From positions 84,441 through 148,440 of the forward strand of contig CAWJIM010000004.1 of NCBI GenBank assembly GCA_963842945.1: a stretch of 64,000 bases of DNA. The letters run 5' to 3'. The stretch comes from an uncultured Gemmatimonadales bacterium (GTDB lineage: Bacteria; Gemmatimonadota; Gemmatimonadetes; Gemmatimonadales; GWC2-71-9). Within the stretch, counting starts at the first letter, position 1. Each line of letters opens with the position of its first letter. Of this stretch, positions 12,587 through 22,120 are shown piece by piece. The notes beneath the pieces were generated by a model, which saw only the letters and a program-made list of their open reading frames with translations, ran no database searches and was not told the DNA's origin. Both the position numbers and the translations under genes were made by a program.

Positions 12587-13189
12587 GTGACCTACATCTC
12601 TGCTCCAGCGTCGGACCGGCGGGCCCAGAGAACTCGAAGGGCGCTGCGCGATGCTCTTGACTTGCTGATCCGGGAGAAGAGCTACGGCTCCATTCCAGTT
12701 CAGGAAATCCTGAATCGAGCCGATGTGGGCCGCTCTACCTTCTTCACCTACTTTCGGGACAAGGATCAGCTGCTGGCCAGCAGTATCTATCACACGGTCG
12801 ATCAGGCTCGAGCGGCTGCCCCGGAATTCACCGATAACCAGATCCAGCGCATCCTCTCCTTGAGCCTCCCGCTACTGGAAGAGCTGGATCGTGACCGCCG
12901 GGCGGCCGGGGAAGCAGAGGAGGGCGAGCTAAACCCGAAGCGCTACCATTGGCTGCGGAAGTCGTTCGCCGAGCGGATCGCCGACGAGCTGGGCCAGAGC
13001 GGTCGGCGCTCTGCCCTGACCCTGGGCAAGGTCCCCAGCGCTCTGCTGATTCACTACCTGACCTCGAGACTCATGCTGGTGATCGAGTGGTGGGTCGAGT
13101 CGGGCAGCGATCTATCGCCAGCCGAAGTCAACCATGTATTTCGCAGGTTGGTGCTGCGGGTGTTGGAGCCGGCGTCCGCGGAGGTTTGA
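12587..13189 (+). CDS. TetR/AcrR family transcriptional regulator
   Basis: DRRAQRTRRALRDAL..ILNRADVGRSTFFTYFRDKDQLL HTH. Confidence 0.9.
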   Translation: MTYISAPASDRRAQRTRRALRDALDLLIREKSYGSIPVQEILNRADVGRSTFFTYFRDKDQLLASSIYHTVDQARAAAPEFTDNQIQRILSLSLPLLEELDRDRRAAGEAEEGELNPKRYHWLRKSFAERIADELGQSGRRSALTLGKVPSALLIHYLTSRLMLVIEWWVESGSDLSPAEVNHVFRRLVLRVLEPASAEV

Positions 13190-13299
13190 AGCGCTGGTCA
13201 AAGGCAAGGAGCGGAGGGTGAGCCGATTGCCCTGGAGGCCGCGTTAGGCGCGGTCGCCTCTGTGCTGATCTATTGTGGCCGACGGCTCGCCCGCAGCGA

Positions 13300-13480
13300 C
13301 TTCAATCACCACCTTCGCCGACGGAACACCAGCACCCCGATCGTTGCGGTGAAGATCACCACGATGGCCGCTATGGTGGCAAAGCCATGGCGACTCGCCG
13401 CCAGCGGAATTCCTCCCACATTCATGCCGAAGAGCCCGGCGATCAGGTTGATCGGCAGGCAAGCACCGTGACCAGGGTGG
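13300..13480 (-). pseudogene. C-terminal remnant of a CorA/ZntB divalent-cation transporter
   Basis: Reverse strand reads TLVTVLA/LPINLIAGLFGMNVGGIPLAASRHGFATIAAIVVIFT (GMN signature plus two TM helices); no N-terminal domain upstream. Confidence 0.7.
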
Positions 13481-13638
13481 CAGGAAGCACTGGGGACCTC
13501 AAGGGAACCTCAAGGGGGGAAGCGCGTCTGCGGGGAAGCGGGGATTCACCTTGCGTGCTAGCCGATGGGGCATATGTTGGGCGACAACTGCCCCCATGCT
13601 GGTCCTTCAACATCTCTGCTCTTTCAGGGAGCACTTTC

Positions 13639-14238
13639 ATGCGCGGACGCATACCACTCGGTCTCACCCTTCTCACGCTGCTCTTCGCCTGCAGCGATCG
13701 CTCGGCCCCACTCGCACCCAATGGGACGTCGTCGGATAAGTCGCCCACCATCTCCGCTTCCGTGGCAAGCCAGATCGCCGAGCTTCGGAGGCTGGTCGCC
13801 CCGTTCCACCAGTTCGATAAGGCGGTGGCGGCGGGCTGGGCGGCGCAGATCACCCCCTGCCTGGTAGCCGCCGACCTGCCGAGCCAACCCGGGGCCGGCG
13901 CGATGGGGTTCCACTATGGCAAGCCGGCTTTCATCCAGGACGGAGGAAGAGTCAGTTTGCTCGAGCCCGAGCTGCTGCTCTACGAGCCGGAGAAGAACGG
14001 GAAGCTCCGGTTCGTGGGCGTGGAATACATCGTACCGTTCACGGATATTCCGTCGACGGCGAACCCGCCTACCCTGCTGGGTCAGGATTTCGCGCAGGTG
14101 CCCGAGTTCGGTGTGTGGGGGCTTCACATCTGGGTCGGTCGCCACAACCCGAGCGGCATTTTCACCCCCTGGAACCCCAAGGTGAGCTGCGACAACGCAC
14201 CGGCGGCTCAGCGGGCAACACATCATCACGGGAGCTGA
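13639..14238 (+). CDS. Hypothetical lipoprotein
   Basis: Lipobox LLFAC; GAMGFHY, PELLLYEP, VGVEY, WGLHIW..NPSGIF.PWNPKVSC. Confidence 0.75.
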   Translation: MRGRIPLGLTLLTLLFACSDRSAPLAPNGTSSDKSPTISASVASQIAELRRLVAPFHQFDKAVAAGWAAQITPCLVAADLPSQPGAGAMGFHYGKPAFIQDGGRVSLLEPELLLYEPEKNGKLRFVGVEYIVPFTDIPSTANPPTLLGQDFAQVPEFGVWGLHIWVGRHNPSGIFTPWNPKVSCDNAPAAQRATHHHGS

Positions 14239-14270
14239 TAGTCAGCGCCCGTCGCACAGCTACTGATGTC

Positions 14271-14301
14271 AAAAGGGCCACTCATCGCGAGTGGCCCTTT
14301 C
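14271..14301. terminator. Bidirectional intrinsic terminator-like hairpin
   Basis: AAAAGGGCCACTC-ATCGC-GAGTGGCCCTTT between convergent ORFs; paralogous hairpin at 35321-35349. Confidence 0.7.
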
Positions 14302-14319
14302 TGCTGCCTATGACGAACC

Positions 14320-14514
14320 TTAACGCGTCGGCGTATCCGGGTCCTCGAGCAGCAGTATCGGGAACGAGAAGTGGTGCTCGCTCTGGAGGAGGAACAGTGC
14401 TTCCTCGGGCGTCAACCGGGAAACCGCCGAGCTGCTGTCGGGCTCGACCGCCGCAATCGGACGGGAGGGGCCGAGCAGAGACGCTGAAAGGGCGAGTCCG
14501 AAGAGGAGGTCCAT
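14320..14514 (-). CDS. Small hypothetical protein (64 aa)
   Basis: MDLLFGLALSASLLG...QSEHHFSFPILLLEDPDTPTR; a paralogue at 35368-35510 has mostly synonymous changes. Confidence 0.55.
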   Translation of the reverse strand: MDLLFGLALSASLLGPSRPIAAVEPDSSSAVSRLTPEEALFLLQSEHHFSFPILLLEDPDTPTR

Positions 14515-14774
14515 GGGTCCCCGTGCGAGAAGTTGCAGTTCCACAGCGACTTAGCACGGCGGGACGGCGCAATCGGCGTGCCCTCACTTCCCTTCCTTAT
14601 ATAGTGCCACGCTCGGCTGCATGAGCTGGAACTCAGGCCACTTAGATAGTTTGGGGTTTCGAATGGCGAGAAGAGAGGGACTGTCGGGCGCATCCGGTTT
14701 GTGGCGGGACTGACGCACCAGTCAGACCTTCTCGGCTATCAGCACTGAACTTTTTCGTGCCTTCCTTTGCACTC

Positions 14775-15428
14775 TCACGTCCTGCCATTCCGCTGCTGCT
14801 CGAGCCAGCACCGGGCCTGTTTCCGGTAATAGCCGGAGAGCTGCGGGTAGAAGTCCGACTCCACCGCCACGAACTCGCGGAGCTCCTCCGGGTCACAGCC
14901 CTCCTGGATGCCGCGGAGGAGATCGGGGAGTGAGCCCTCCTGTTCGGCGAAATCGGCGCTCCGGGCGCCGTCGATCAGCTGGATCATGGCGCCGAGGGTG
15001 AGCGATTGCGCCGAGGAGGCTGGACGGCAGGTCCAGGGCCCGATCTCATCATTACCGTACTCGTCGACCACGCGATACAGAATGCGTCGCCCATGCCGCC
15101 GGCGCCGAGCGCGGAAGCTGATCACGTCCTGGGTGACGGAATCGAGCACGATGCGAGCGATCTCCACCTCGCCCGGGAGATAGTCCGGGAGATACTCGCC
15201 ACCCATCCACGATGGATGGGTCGCGCCGAGCTCGGAGCGGGTCGAGTCGTCGAGTCTGGCTTCCAGAAAACCGCTGGGGATCTCCCCTACGTGGGCCGGC
15301 GCGCGGCCGGTGATCACCGCGGCGATCATTTGTCGCCGGTTCTGGCCCTTGATGTTGGAGAGGATGGCCAGGACCGGATCGGGATGGTCCCAGTAGGACG
15401 GGGGACGAAAATTCAGGTTCAGGCGCAT
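14775..15428 (-). CDS. Hypothetical protein
   Basis: Open ORF MRLNLNFRPPSYW..HPSWMGGEYLPDYLPGEVEIARI; AGAAGGAGG RBS. Confidence 0.7.
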   Translation of the reverse strand: MRLNLNFRPPSYWDHPDPVLAILSNIKGQNRRQMIAAVITGRAPAHVGEIPSGFLEARLDDSTRSELGATHPSWMGGEYLPDYLPGEVEIARIVLDSVTQDVISFRARRRRHGRRILYRVVDEYGNDEIGPWTCRPASSAQSLTLGAMIQLIDGARSADFAEQEGSLPDLLRGIQEGCDPEELREFVAVESDFYPQLSGYYRKQARCWLEQQRNGRT

Positions 15429-15581
15429 GTTCCGGCCACCTCCTTCTCTGCGTGCGGCCACCGAGACGGAGGTGACCGGAGGGATCACGCGGGTACCAGT
15501 CTACGCCCTCCGGTCAAGACGGAGTCAAGGGGGCTGCGCGGTCAGGAAGCGGGAGGCGGGGCGGCGGGGAGGCGGGGAAGT

Positions 15582-15890
15582 CTATTTCAGGCCGATCACC
15601 ATCCCGGCCAGGGCGAGCAGCGTGGTTACCCAGAACCCGAACATCCAGCGCAGCAGATCCAGCCGGACCGAGTGCAGCTCGGAGCGGAACTCCAGGCGCA
15701 GCTCCGCCTTCAGCTCCGCAAGACGTTGCTCCAGCCTGGCATCGAAACGCGTGAAGTTGACCTCGTTGATTTCCCGGAGGTCTGTGCGGTAGGTCAGATC
15801 CACGGCATTGAACCACTCGACCAGTTCATTAGCGACGTCCTCACCCAGCACATCGTAGAACCGCTTGGATAACTTGGCTGTGACCGGCAC
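15582..15890 (-). CDS. Coiled-coil protein with C-terminal TM anchor (DUF1640/CCDC90-like)
   Basis: Heptad-rich RLEQRLAELKAEL..., ends LLRWMFGFWVTTLLALAGMVIGLK; paralogue at 34722-35105. Confidence 0.7.
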   Translation of the reverse strand: MPVTAKLSKRFYDVLGEDVANELVEWFNAVDLTYRTDLREINEVNFTRFDARLEQRLAELKAELRLEFRSELHSVRLDLLRWMFGFWVTTLLALAGMVIGLK

Positions 15891-16188
15891 CGGATGCTCC
15901 TAAGGAATTCAGTGCCATCATAAGCATATCCGGCAGATAGGGCGGTATCAAATCAGCGCAGATCAGTGCGAGTCCGAGGCCTCGCACCCGGGGCGTGGAG
16001 CAGGCGCAGATTGACTCGGCTGCGGTGGGGAGTACGCAAGAACTTCTTCTTTACTGTCGGAACCCGCCAAAGCGCTTTTCCAGTTTCCGCTGACGCTTCC
16101 TCTGCCCCGCTGCCCCGCTGCCCCCTGCCCCCTGCCCGCCTTCTATCTCCTTGTTGGATCAAGAACTAGCCCGGGTGATTCCGGGCTG

Positions 16189-16230
16189 TTGAGTTTAAGG
16201 TGATTCCAGAGTGATGGCGGCCCGTAGCTT
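16189..16230 (+). promoter_or_regulatory. SARP-type promoter: three 11-bp-periodic repeats plus -10 box
   Basis: TTGAGTTT (16189), GTGATTCC (16200), GTGATGGC (16211), 6 nt, TAGCTT (16225). Confidence 0.6.
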
Positions 16231-16312
16231 GTTCCCGTCAACTGACCGGCGGAGTCGTCAGAACCGGCGAGCCGGCGCCTCAAAGGCCGACCATTAGACG
16301 CGGAGGCACACA

Positions 16313-16396
16313 ATGTCAGCAGACTACAACGGCTGGGCGGATCGTCCGGAAGAGGAGCGAGAGGGCGAAGAGGTAGCGGAGACTCAGGGCAGGTAG
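16313..16396 (+). CDS. Small ORF (27 aa), possibly a truncated gene
   Basis: GGAGG RBS then MSADYNGWADRPEEEREGEEVAETQGR*, downstream of the repeat promoter. Confidence 0.35.
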   Translation: MSADYNGWADRPEEEREGEEVAETQGR

Positions 16397-17148
16397 TAGA
16401 CCGGGTTCGGCAGCTTGAAGGTCCGTTCGGCGAAGCCGCCGGCGAGGTCGCTCTCCTGATCTCCCATGCTCAGGATGATGGTATAGCCCTGCTGGGCGAT
16501 CTTCCGCCGCTCCGGTGCCTTGAAGTCCACCGCACTCTTGAAGTGGGCACCCTCGGGAAGCAGAATGACCGCGGTCGGATCGTAGCCCTGTTCCCGGAGG
16601 TTTCGCTCGGTCGCATCGCGAAGGTTGGGGGGACGGCCGCTGATGAAGAACACCGCCACGCCGAGCTCACGCGCCCGCCGGGCCAGCTCTCGAGTGGGAC
16701 TAAGTGCCTGGGACCTGCCGAGCGCCTGCCAGGCCCGGAGACCACAGGGACCGTGCTCGAGGTCGCACCCTCCTCCCACCACTCGACCCCACCCGTTCAG
16801 GCGATAGGCCGGCCAGTTCGACAGCGAGGTCTCATCGATGTCGAGCACGATCGCGGGCTTGTTCGCTGTTTTCGACCGCTGCTCCAGCCACTCCTGCGCC
16901 CGGGCGACCACCGCCGAAAAGTCCCGGTCGTACCGGCCGGAGCTGATGTACTCCTCGACCTGCTGCTGCGCTTCATAGAGACGGGGTACGTCGGAGGAGA
17001 CGGTGGCCGGGGAAACGGCCGCGGGAGAGTCGCCCTGAGTTGCAGTGCCGGCACACGCGAGCCCGAGGGTGGCCAGCGCCGAGACGCGAAGGGCTCCAAG
17101 CCAGGAGGAGGGATTCACGGCGGGCCGAGGCGACATGGTGCTGGTCAT
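16384..17148 (-). CDS. HAD subfamily IIIB acid phosphatase, lipoprotein
   Basis: IVLDIDETSLSN, FFISGR, DFKAPERRKI, MGDQESDL..FKLPNPVYY; lipobox LGLAC. Confidence 0.9.
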   Translation of the reverse strand: MTSTMSPRPAVNPSSWLGALRVSALATLGLACAGTATQGDSPAAVSPATVSSDVPRLYEAQQQVEEYISSGRYDRDFSAVVARAQEWLEQRSKTANKPAIVLDIDETSLSNWPAYRLNGWGRVVGGGCDLEHGPCGLRAWQALGRSQALSPTRELARRARELGVAVFFISGRPPNLRDATERNLREQGYDPTAVILLPEGAHFKSAVDFKAPERRKIAQQGYTIILSMGDQESDLAGGFAERTFKLPNPVYYLP

Positions 17149-17609
17149 GCGGGCAGGATGGCCTTTGCCAGTACGGTGACCGGCACCTGGTCTTGCGACA
17201 CGATCATGTAGACCTTCTTCCGATATTCGACGAACACGCGCCGGTTGGGCGTCGCCGGATCGAAGACCATATACGCTCCCTTCACCCCGGGAACCGGCTC
17301 GACCCCCTTGGGCGACTCGCCGGCATACTGGTCGGCCGCCTGCCTGGTGGAGCTGAACGTCTGTCCCAATTCGGCCATCGGCGTCGGACCATACACCATG
17401 AGAGCGGGACCGGATCCCCCCTCCCACCTCAGGTGACAGGCCGGACCCGCCTGGTCGCCCCCGCTGAACCCCTTGAGCTTCATCTCCTGCGTGACCACCG
17501 CGGGATCGATCGGAAGTGGATCGGCACACTGGCCCTGGCTCGTCGCCGATGCCAGCGCCAACCCGCTTCCGATATACAGGGTCAAGAGATAATGAGAGGA
17601 TGCAATCAT
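17145..17609 (-). CDS. Hypothetical secreted protein
   Basis: Signal-peptide-like N-terminus; stop overlaps the phosphatase ATG. Confidence 0.65.
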   Translation of the reverse strand: MIASSHYLLTLYIGSGLALASATSQGQCADPLPIDPAVVTQEMKLKGFSGGDQAGPACHLRWEGGSGPALMVYGPTPMAELGQTFSSTRQAADQYAGESPKGVEPVPGVKGAYMVFDPATPNRRVFVEYRKKVYMIVSQDQVPVTVLAKAILPA

Positions 17610-17664
17610 CGTGGATCCTGTGGCTGAAGGTTTGATTGTGCGCCTGTTCGTTCTCGCACCAGCC

Positions 17665-17706
17665 AAGCTAGATCCGGCGCTCACGACCGAATCACCCAGG
17701 AATCAC
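17665..17706 (-). promoter_or_regulatory. SARP-type promoter: three 11-bp-periodic repeats plus -10 box
   Basis: Minus strand GTGATTCC-tgg-GTGATTCG-gtc-GTGAGCGC, 6 nt, TAGCTT. Confidence 0.65.
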
Positions 17707-20394
17707 GTGAAGGAGAGGACGGAGAGTAGAGCGGAAGTTAGCGCTGCGCGTTTGAGTTCCATCGCCCAGATATCGCTCTGGCGAGTGCCGACGGTAACGA
17801 AGAAACGCTTGCCGTCGGTGGCGAACTCGGGACGGCTCGAAGGGTGAGCCGGGTCATCGAACCGGATGAGAAGTCTGGGGGTGCCGCCGGCGGCAGGAAT
17901 CGACCAGAGGCTCGACCAGCCGGCCGGCTCGAACGCTTTGTAATAGATGGTCCTCCCGTCAGGACTCCATTGCGCCAGCTCCGGTGCCGGCTCGGCGGCG
18001 GGATCTGCCTTGAGCAGCTGGCGGGGCTTGCCGCCCTGCGGTGCGATGAGCCACAAGCCGTCGGAACGGCAATACACGATGGCCCGCCCGTCAGGCGACC
18101 AGCGCCCCGCCCATCCCCCGCCGGTGGTGAGCTGTCGAGCCCGGGTCCAGGCGGAATCGTCGAGTCGTGCAGCCAGAAACAGCTGACGCTCGCCCGACAC
18201 ATCGGCGGTGAAGACCAGCCTCCGGCCATCCGGGGCCAGCCCGGGAGAGCGCTGGTGGGGAGGAGAATCGACCAGCTGCTCCAGCTCCCCGCCATCAGCG
18301 GATACCAGGCGCACGCGGCGGGTACCAGCCTGGTAGGAGTGGAGCGCGATGATCCTGCCGTCGCCCGACCAGGTGGAGACGAAGTCGGCTTCGGGTGAGT
18401 GGGTGAGCTGCACCGCCTCGCCGCCGGAGCTCGGCATCTTGTAGACCTCCTGGTTCCCGCTTCGATCGGAGTCGAAGGCAAGCCAGCGTCCGTCCGGGGA
18501 CAGGCTGATACCCTCGATGGATTGGGTTCCCTCGGTAAGCGACCGCCCACCGGTCATGGACGCAACGCCTGCGGCCGGAAGGTTGAAGGTCCAGATGTTT
18601 CCGCTGTGGGTGAAGACCGAGTACGCCAGCCTCTTCGCGTCGGTGGAGAGGCTAATGCCGTGGGCGCCGAGCCCGGTCGTCAGCCGAGCCGGGGGGCCGG
18701 CCGGGAGTCCCGAGCGGGCCAGGTCTATACTATAGATGTCTCGATTGCCCTCTCGATCGGAGACAAAGAGAAAGCCCCGGGCATGGGGCAGCCACACCGG
18801 ATTGGTGTTGAGCGACTGCGCGTCGGTGACCTGAATCGCCTTGCCTCCGCTTGCCGGTACGAGCCAGATCGAGCTCGGCGCCACGTTCCCCAGATTGGTG
18901 GAGTTGCCCCAGGGAGCCTCGCCGAAGGTGAATACCGGGTTTCCGGAGACGCAGGCGATCCACTTGCCGTCGGGTGACCACGCCAGGGAATGAGGAGTGG
19001 GAACCTCGGACAGTCGCCTGGCTTGGCCGCCGCCAACAGGCCGGACGTAAATGGCCCAGTTCTCGACGTACGCTATCTCTCTCCCGTCAGGCGACCAGGC
19101 CGGGTAGGCCACCCATCCGGATTTCTCGGACGGACCGATGATCAGCTCCGGCACGCCGCCCAGCGCATCGACCAGGTAGATCGCTCCACCGGACTGAAAC
19201 GCGATCCGGCTGCCGTCAGGCGACCACTCGGGCCGGCGGTGAGACCCCGGCAACGCCTCCGTCAGCGCTACCGCCCGGCCGCCGCCTGTCTGTCTCATGA
19301 AGATTTGGAACCGATCGCCCGCTTCCGCCGCGTAGGCCACCATCTTCCCGTCCGGTGAGATCGCCGGGTCGAGCTCGAGCCGGTCATCGAACGCCACGCG
19401 GTGAGCTGCTCCGGGAAGCATCGAGCCGGGGCTACGCGGGCGGAGGAGCATCCCGGCGATGATGCCGCTGACGATCAGCACCGCAGCCGCAAGCGCGTGC
19501 CGCAATTCCAGCCTTCGGCGACCGGGTGATCGCGCGACCGAGGGCGGCGGCTCGACGACTCGAGGTTCGGAAAGCGGAGTGGGAACGACTGCTGGGAGAG
19601 GCGCCGGCGCGATTGCGACCGGCTCCGGGTTCAGGATCGCTTCCGTCTTTGATGGCGACGAGGGCGGAAGTGCCGGCCCCTCACTCCGCTTGAGCTCCGC
19701 GGCGTAGTCGGTCACCGCACGGTCGGGAGGGGCGTCCAGCTCCTGTTCCATCAGCACTTCGTAGATCCGCGCGTGCTGCAGGGCTCCGGCCCGGTCTCCC
19801 GCTGCCACCAGCGCTCGCATGAGGTTGACCGCCACCCGAGCATGCAGCGGGTCCTGCCCCGCCAGCTTCCGCCACCAGGCCACTGCCCCGGCCCAGTCTC
19901 CCTCACTCTCCCATCGCTTCGCCAGCTTCTCCAGCGATTCGGCGTGGCGACGGGCCAGGTCCGCCCGCTGCTCTTCTGACCAGCGCTCGAACTCCGGGGC
20001 GCCCGGCAGGTGGAACCCGTCGAGGAATGGTCCGATGTACGTCCGCGGCTGCCTCTTCCAGTTTGCCCCGGCCTACCGCCTGCTCGAATTCCCCCACGTC
20101 GCTCGAGACCAGATCCGGGTTGAGCCGCAGGTCGCGGCTGCTGCCGAGAAAGACGTCGTCCGACCCCAGGTCCTGACGCAAGGCGTAGAGTGCCTGGTTG
20201 AGACCCCGCCGAGCTCGCTCCTCCTCGGTATCAGTCCAGAGGTATGCCAACACCTTCTCGCGGGTAAGACCCTGCTCGCCGGCACTGGCCAGGAGAGCCA
20301 GGATGGCGAGGCGCCGGGGTTGCGCCGCCGAACCGCTGATGACTCCGCCGTTTCCGCGAACGTGGAGCCGTCCAAACGCATGTACCCGCAACAC
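17703..20394 (-). CDS. Membrane-anchored regulator: wHTH plus BTAD domain, TM helix and TolB-like PD40 beta-propellers; frameshift near 20035
   Basis: QPRRLAILALLA..LTREKVLAYLW..ARRGLNQALYALR; DPL..RVAVNLMRALVAAGDRAGALQHA; TM ALAAAVLIVSGIIAGMLL; repeated WSPDG. Confidence 0.85.
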
Positions 20395-20404
20395 GTTGAA
20401 TCCG

Positions 20405-20446
20405 GTGAGTCCGAGGTGATTCCGCTGTGACTGCCGCTTCTATACT
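20405..20446 (+). promoter_or_regulatory. SARP-type promoter divergent from the BTAD regulator
   Basis: GTGAGTCC (20405), GTGATTCC (20416), GTGACTGC (20427), 6 nt, TATACT (20441). Confidence 0.65.
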
Positions 20447-20518
20447 AGGCACCGTCAACCGGGGCGGCAATCGGCCGCCGATGGCTCTCTGACGTCACCA
20501 GCTCGGGAGGGTTTCACC

Positions 20519-21031
20519 ATGAAAGCCACGCTCACTCGCCTGGGCGGGATCACGATGGTCTCGATGACAACGCTCGCGGGACTCGCCTCACCAACGACCC
20601 TGGACTCGAAGGGGTTCAGCGCAGCAGTCACCGGAGCGGCCCACTCCACCATTTCCGGCGCGGCCAGTTTCGGACGGGTCGCCGGCGGGCCCACCGCTCC
20701 CGATGTCCTCAGCCTGAATCTCGGCACCGAGAGCTCCCCGGGGGCGATCCAGTTCATTCGCCCGGGCAGGAGCAGGCTCGCCATCGGGAGCTATCCCATC
20801 TCCGACCTCGCTCCCGGCTCGGATCAGTTCCGGGCGCTGGTCATGCTCGGCTCATCCGAGCGCCCCGAAGGGGTGTTTCGGGCGGAATCCGGCGTCCTCA
20901 CCATCACCTCGATGTCGGACCAGACCCTCACCGGCCGGTTCGAGCTCGAGGCGATCGGGTTCACGGCGGATCGTCCCGAGCGCGAGGATCAGCGGGTACA
21001 CGTGTCGGGATGGTTTACCGCCGCGCAATAG
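20519..21031 (+). CDS. Hypothetical secreted beta-rich protein
   Basis: GGAGG RBS, signal-like N-terminus, SGVLTITS..LTGRFELEA..VSGWF. Confidence 0.7.
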   Translation: MKATLTRLGGITMVSMTTLAGLASPTTLDSKGFSAAVTGAAHSTISGAASFGRVAGGPTAPDVLSLNLGTESSPGAIQFIRPGRSRLAIGSYPISDLAPGSDQFRALVMLGSSERPEGVFRAESGVLTITSMSDQTLTGRFELEAIGFTADRPEREDQRVHVSGWFTAAQ

Positions 21032-21099
21032 GAACTCAGAGGAAGCATCCGACAGAGTTCAATCTTTCAACCGGACCCCACATCCAAAGGATTCATACC

Positions 21100-22035
21100 A
21101 TGTACCGCTACACGCTTGCAATCGCACTGATGAGCCTCGCCGCTTGCGCCGACTCCGACAATCCGCTGGCCCCAGCCGGGGACACGTCGGATGAGGCTCA
21201 ACTCGCCCAGACCGGGCCGTTGCTTGGCAAGATCGCGTTCAGCATGAGAGGCGTCGGAAATCAGACCGATATCTACGTCATGAATGCGGACGGCACGGGA
21301 CAGAGCAGGCTGACCTCCGCGCCGGAGAATGAGGTCTCCCCTGCCTGGTCCCAGGACAACCAGCAGATTGCCTTCGTCCGTCCCCGGACCGACGGGGCGA
21401 ATGTGGTTCATCAGGACATCTTCGTGATGGATGCGAACGGGTCCAACGGCCACTGGGTATCGCCCACGCCCAATTCAACGAGCCTTTTCGATCCGGTCTG
21501 GTCACCGGATGGATCCCGGATCGCCGTATGGACTTCGGGTCAGGATCTGGCCTACCTCGAGGTTGCGACCGGTGAGCTGAAGCCCATGCAGAGCACATTG
21601 GGGCAGCTCAAGGGTTTCTACCCCTCGTACGATCCATCGGGTCAGAAGATCGTCTTCGGCGGGGGTGGCACGCTGTTCATCATCGACGCAAACAGCTTCG
21701 GGTTGCTGTCCAAGATCGTTCTGCCCGCCGGGCTGGTGAACCAGCATCCGACCTTTTCACCCGATGGACAGAAGATCGCGTTCGCCGGCGGGGCCTCCAG
21801 TGAACCGGGTGCGGACATCTACGTCGTTGGGGCGAACGGCACCGGCCTCACTCGGCTGGCCAGCTCCCCGGGAACCGAGAGCGAACCGAGCTGGTCGCCT
21901 GACGGCAACCAGATCGCGTTCGGCAGTGACCGCAGCGGTGTGGACCAGATCTATCGGACCAGCGCCGGCGGCGGCAGGCGGGTTCGGCTCGGCCCTAAGG
22001 GTATCTTTGCGGCGAGCCCCGCCTACTCGCATTAA
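21100..22035 (+). CDS. TolB-like PD40 beta-propeller lipoprotein
   Basis: Lipobox LAAC; repeats IYVMNADG, PAWSQD, PVWSPDG, PTFSPDG, PSWSPDG. Confidence 0.85.
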   Translation: MYRYTLAIALMSLAACADSDNPLAPAGDTSDEAQLAQTGPLLGKIAFSMRGVGNQTDIYVMNADGTGQSRLTSAPENEVSPAWSQDNQQIAFVRPRTDGANVVHQDIFVMDANGSNGHWVSPTPNSTSLFDPVWSPDGSRIAVWTSGQDLAYLEVATGELKPMQSTLGQLKGFYPSYDPSGQKIVFGGGGTLFIIDANSFGLLSKIVLPAGLVNQHPTFSPDGQKIAFAGGASSEPGADIYVVGANGTGLTRLASSPGTESEPSWSPDGNQIAFGSDRSGVDQIYRTSAGGGRRVRLGPKGIFAASPAYSH

Positions 22036-22120
22036 GGCATCGCGCCAGCCACGCGCCCCGTCCGGCCTTTCGGCTGGGCGGGGATGCGGTACTTTATCGC
22101 GCAGGCAGCAAGGAGGATGG

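Noticed and set aside
16234..16305. yybP-ykoY manganese riboswitch
   Set aside because: It has GTCGTCA..ACCGGC but lacks the GGGGAGTAG and CAAGACC elements.
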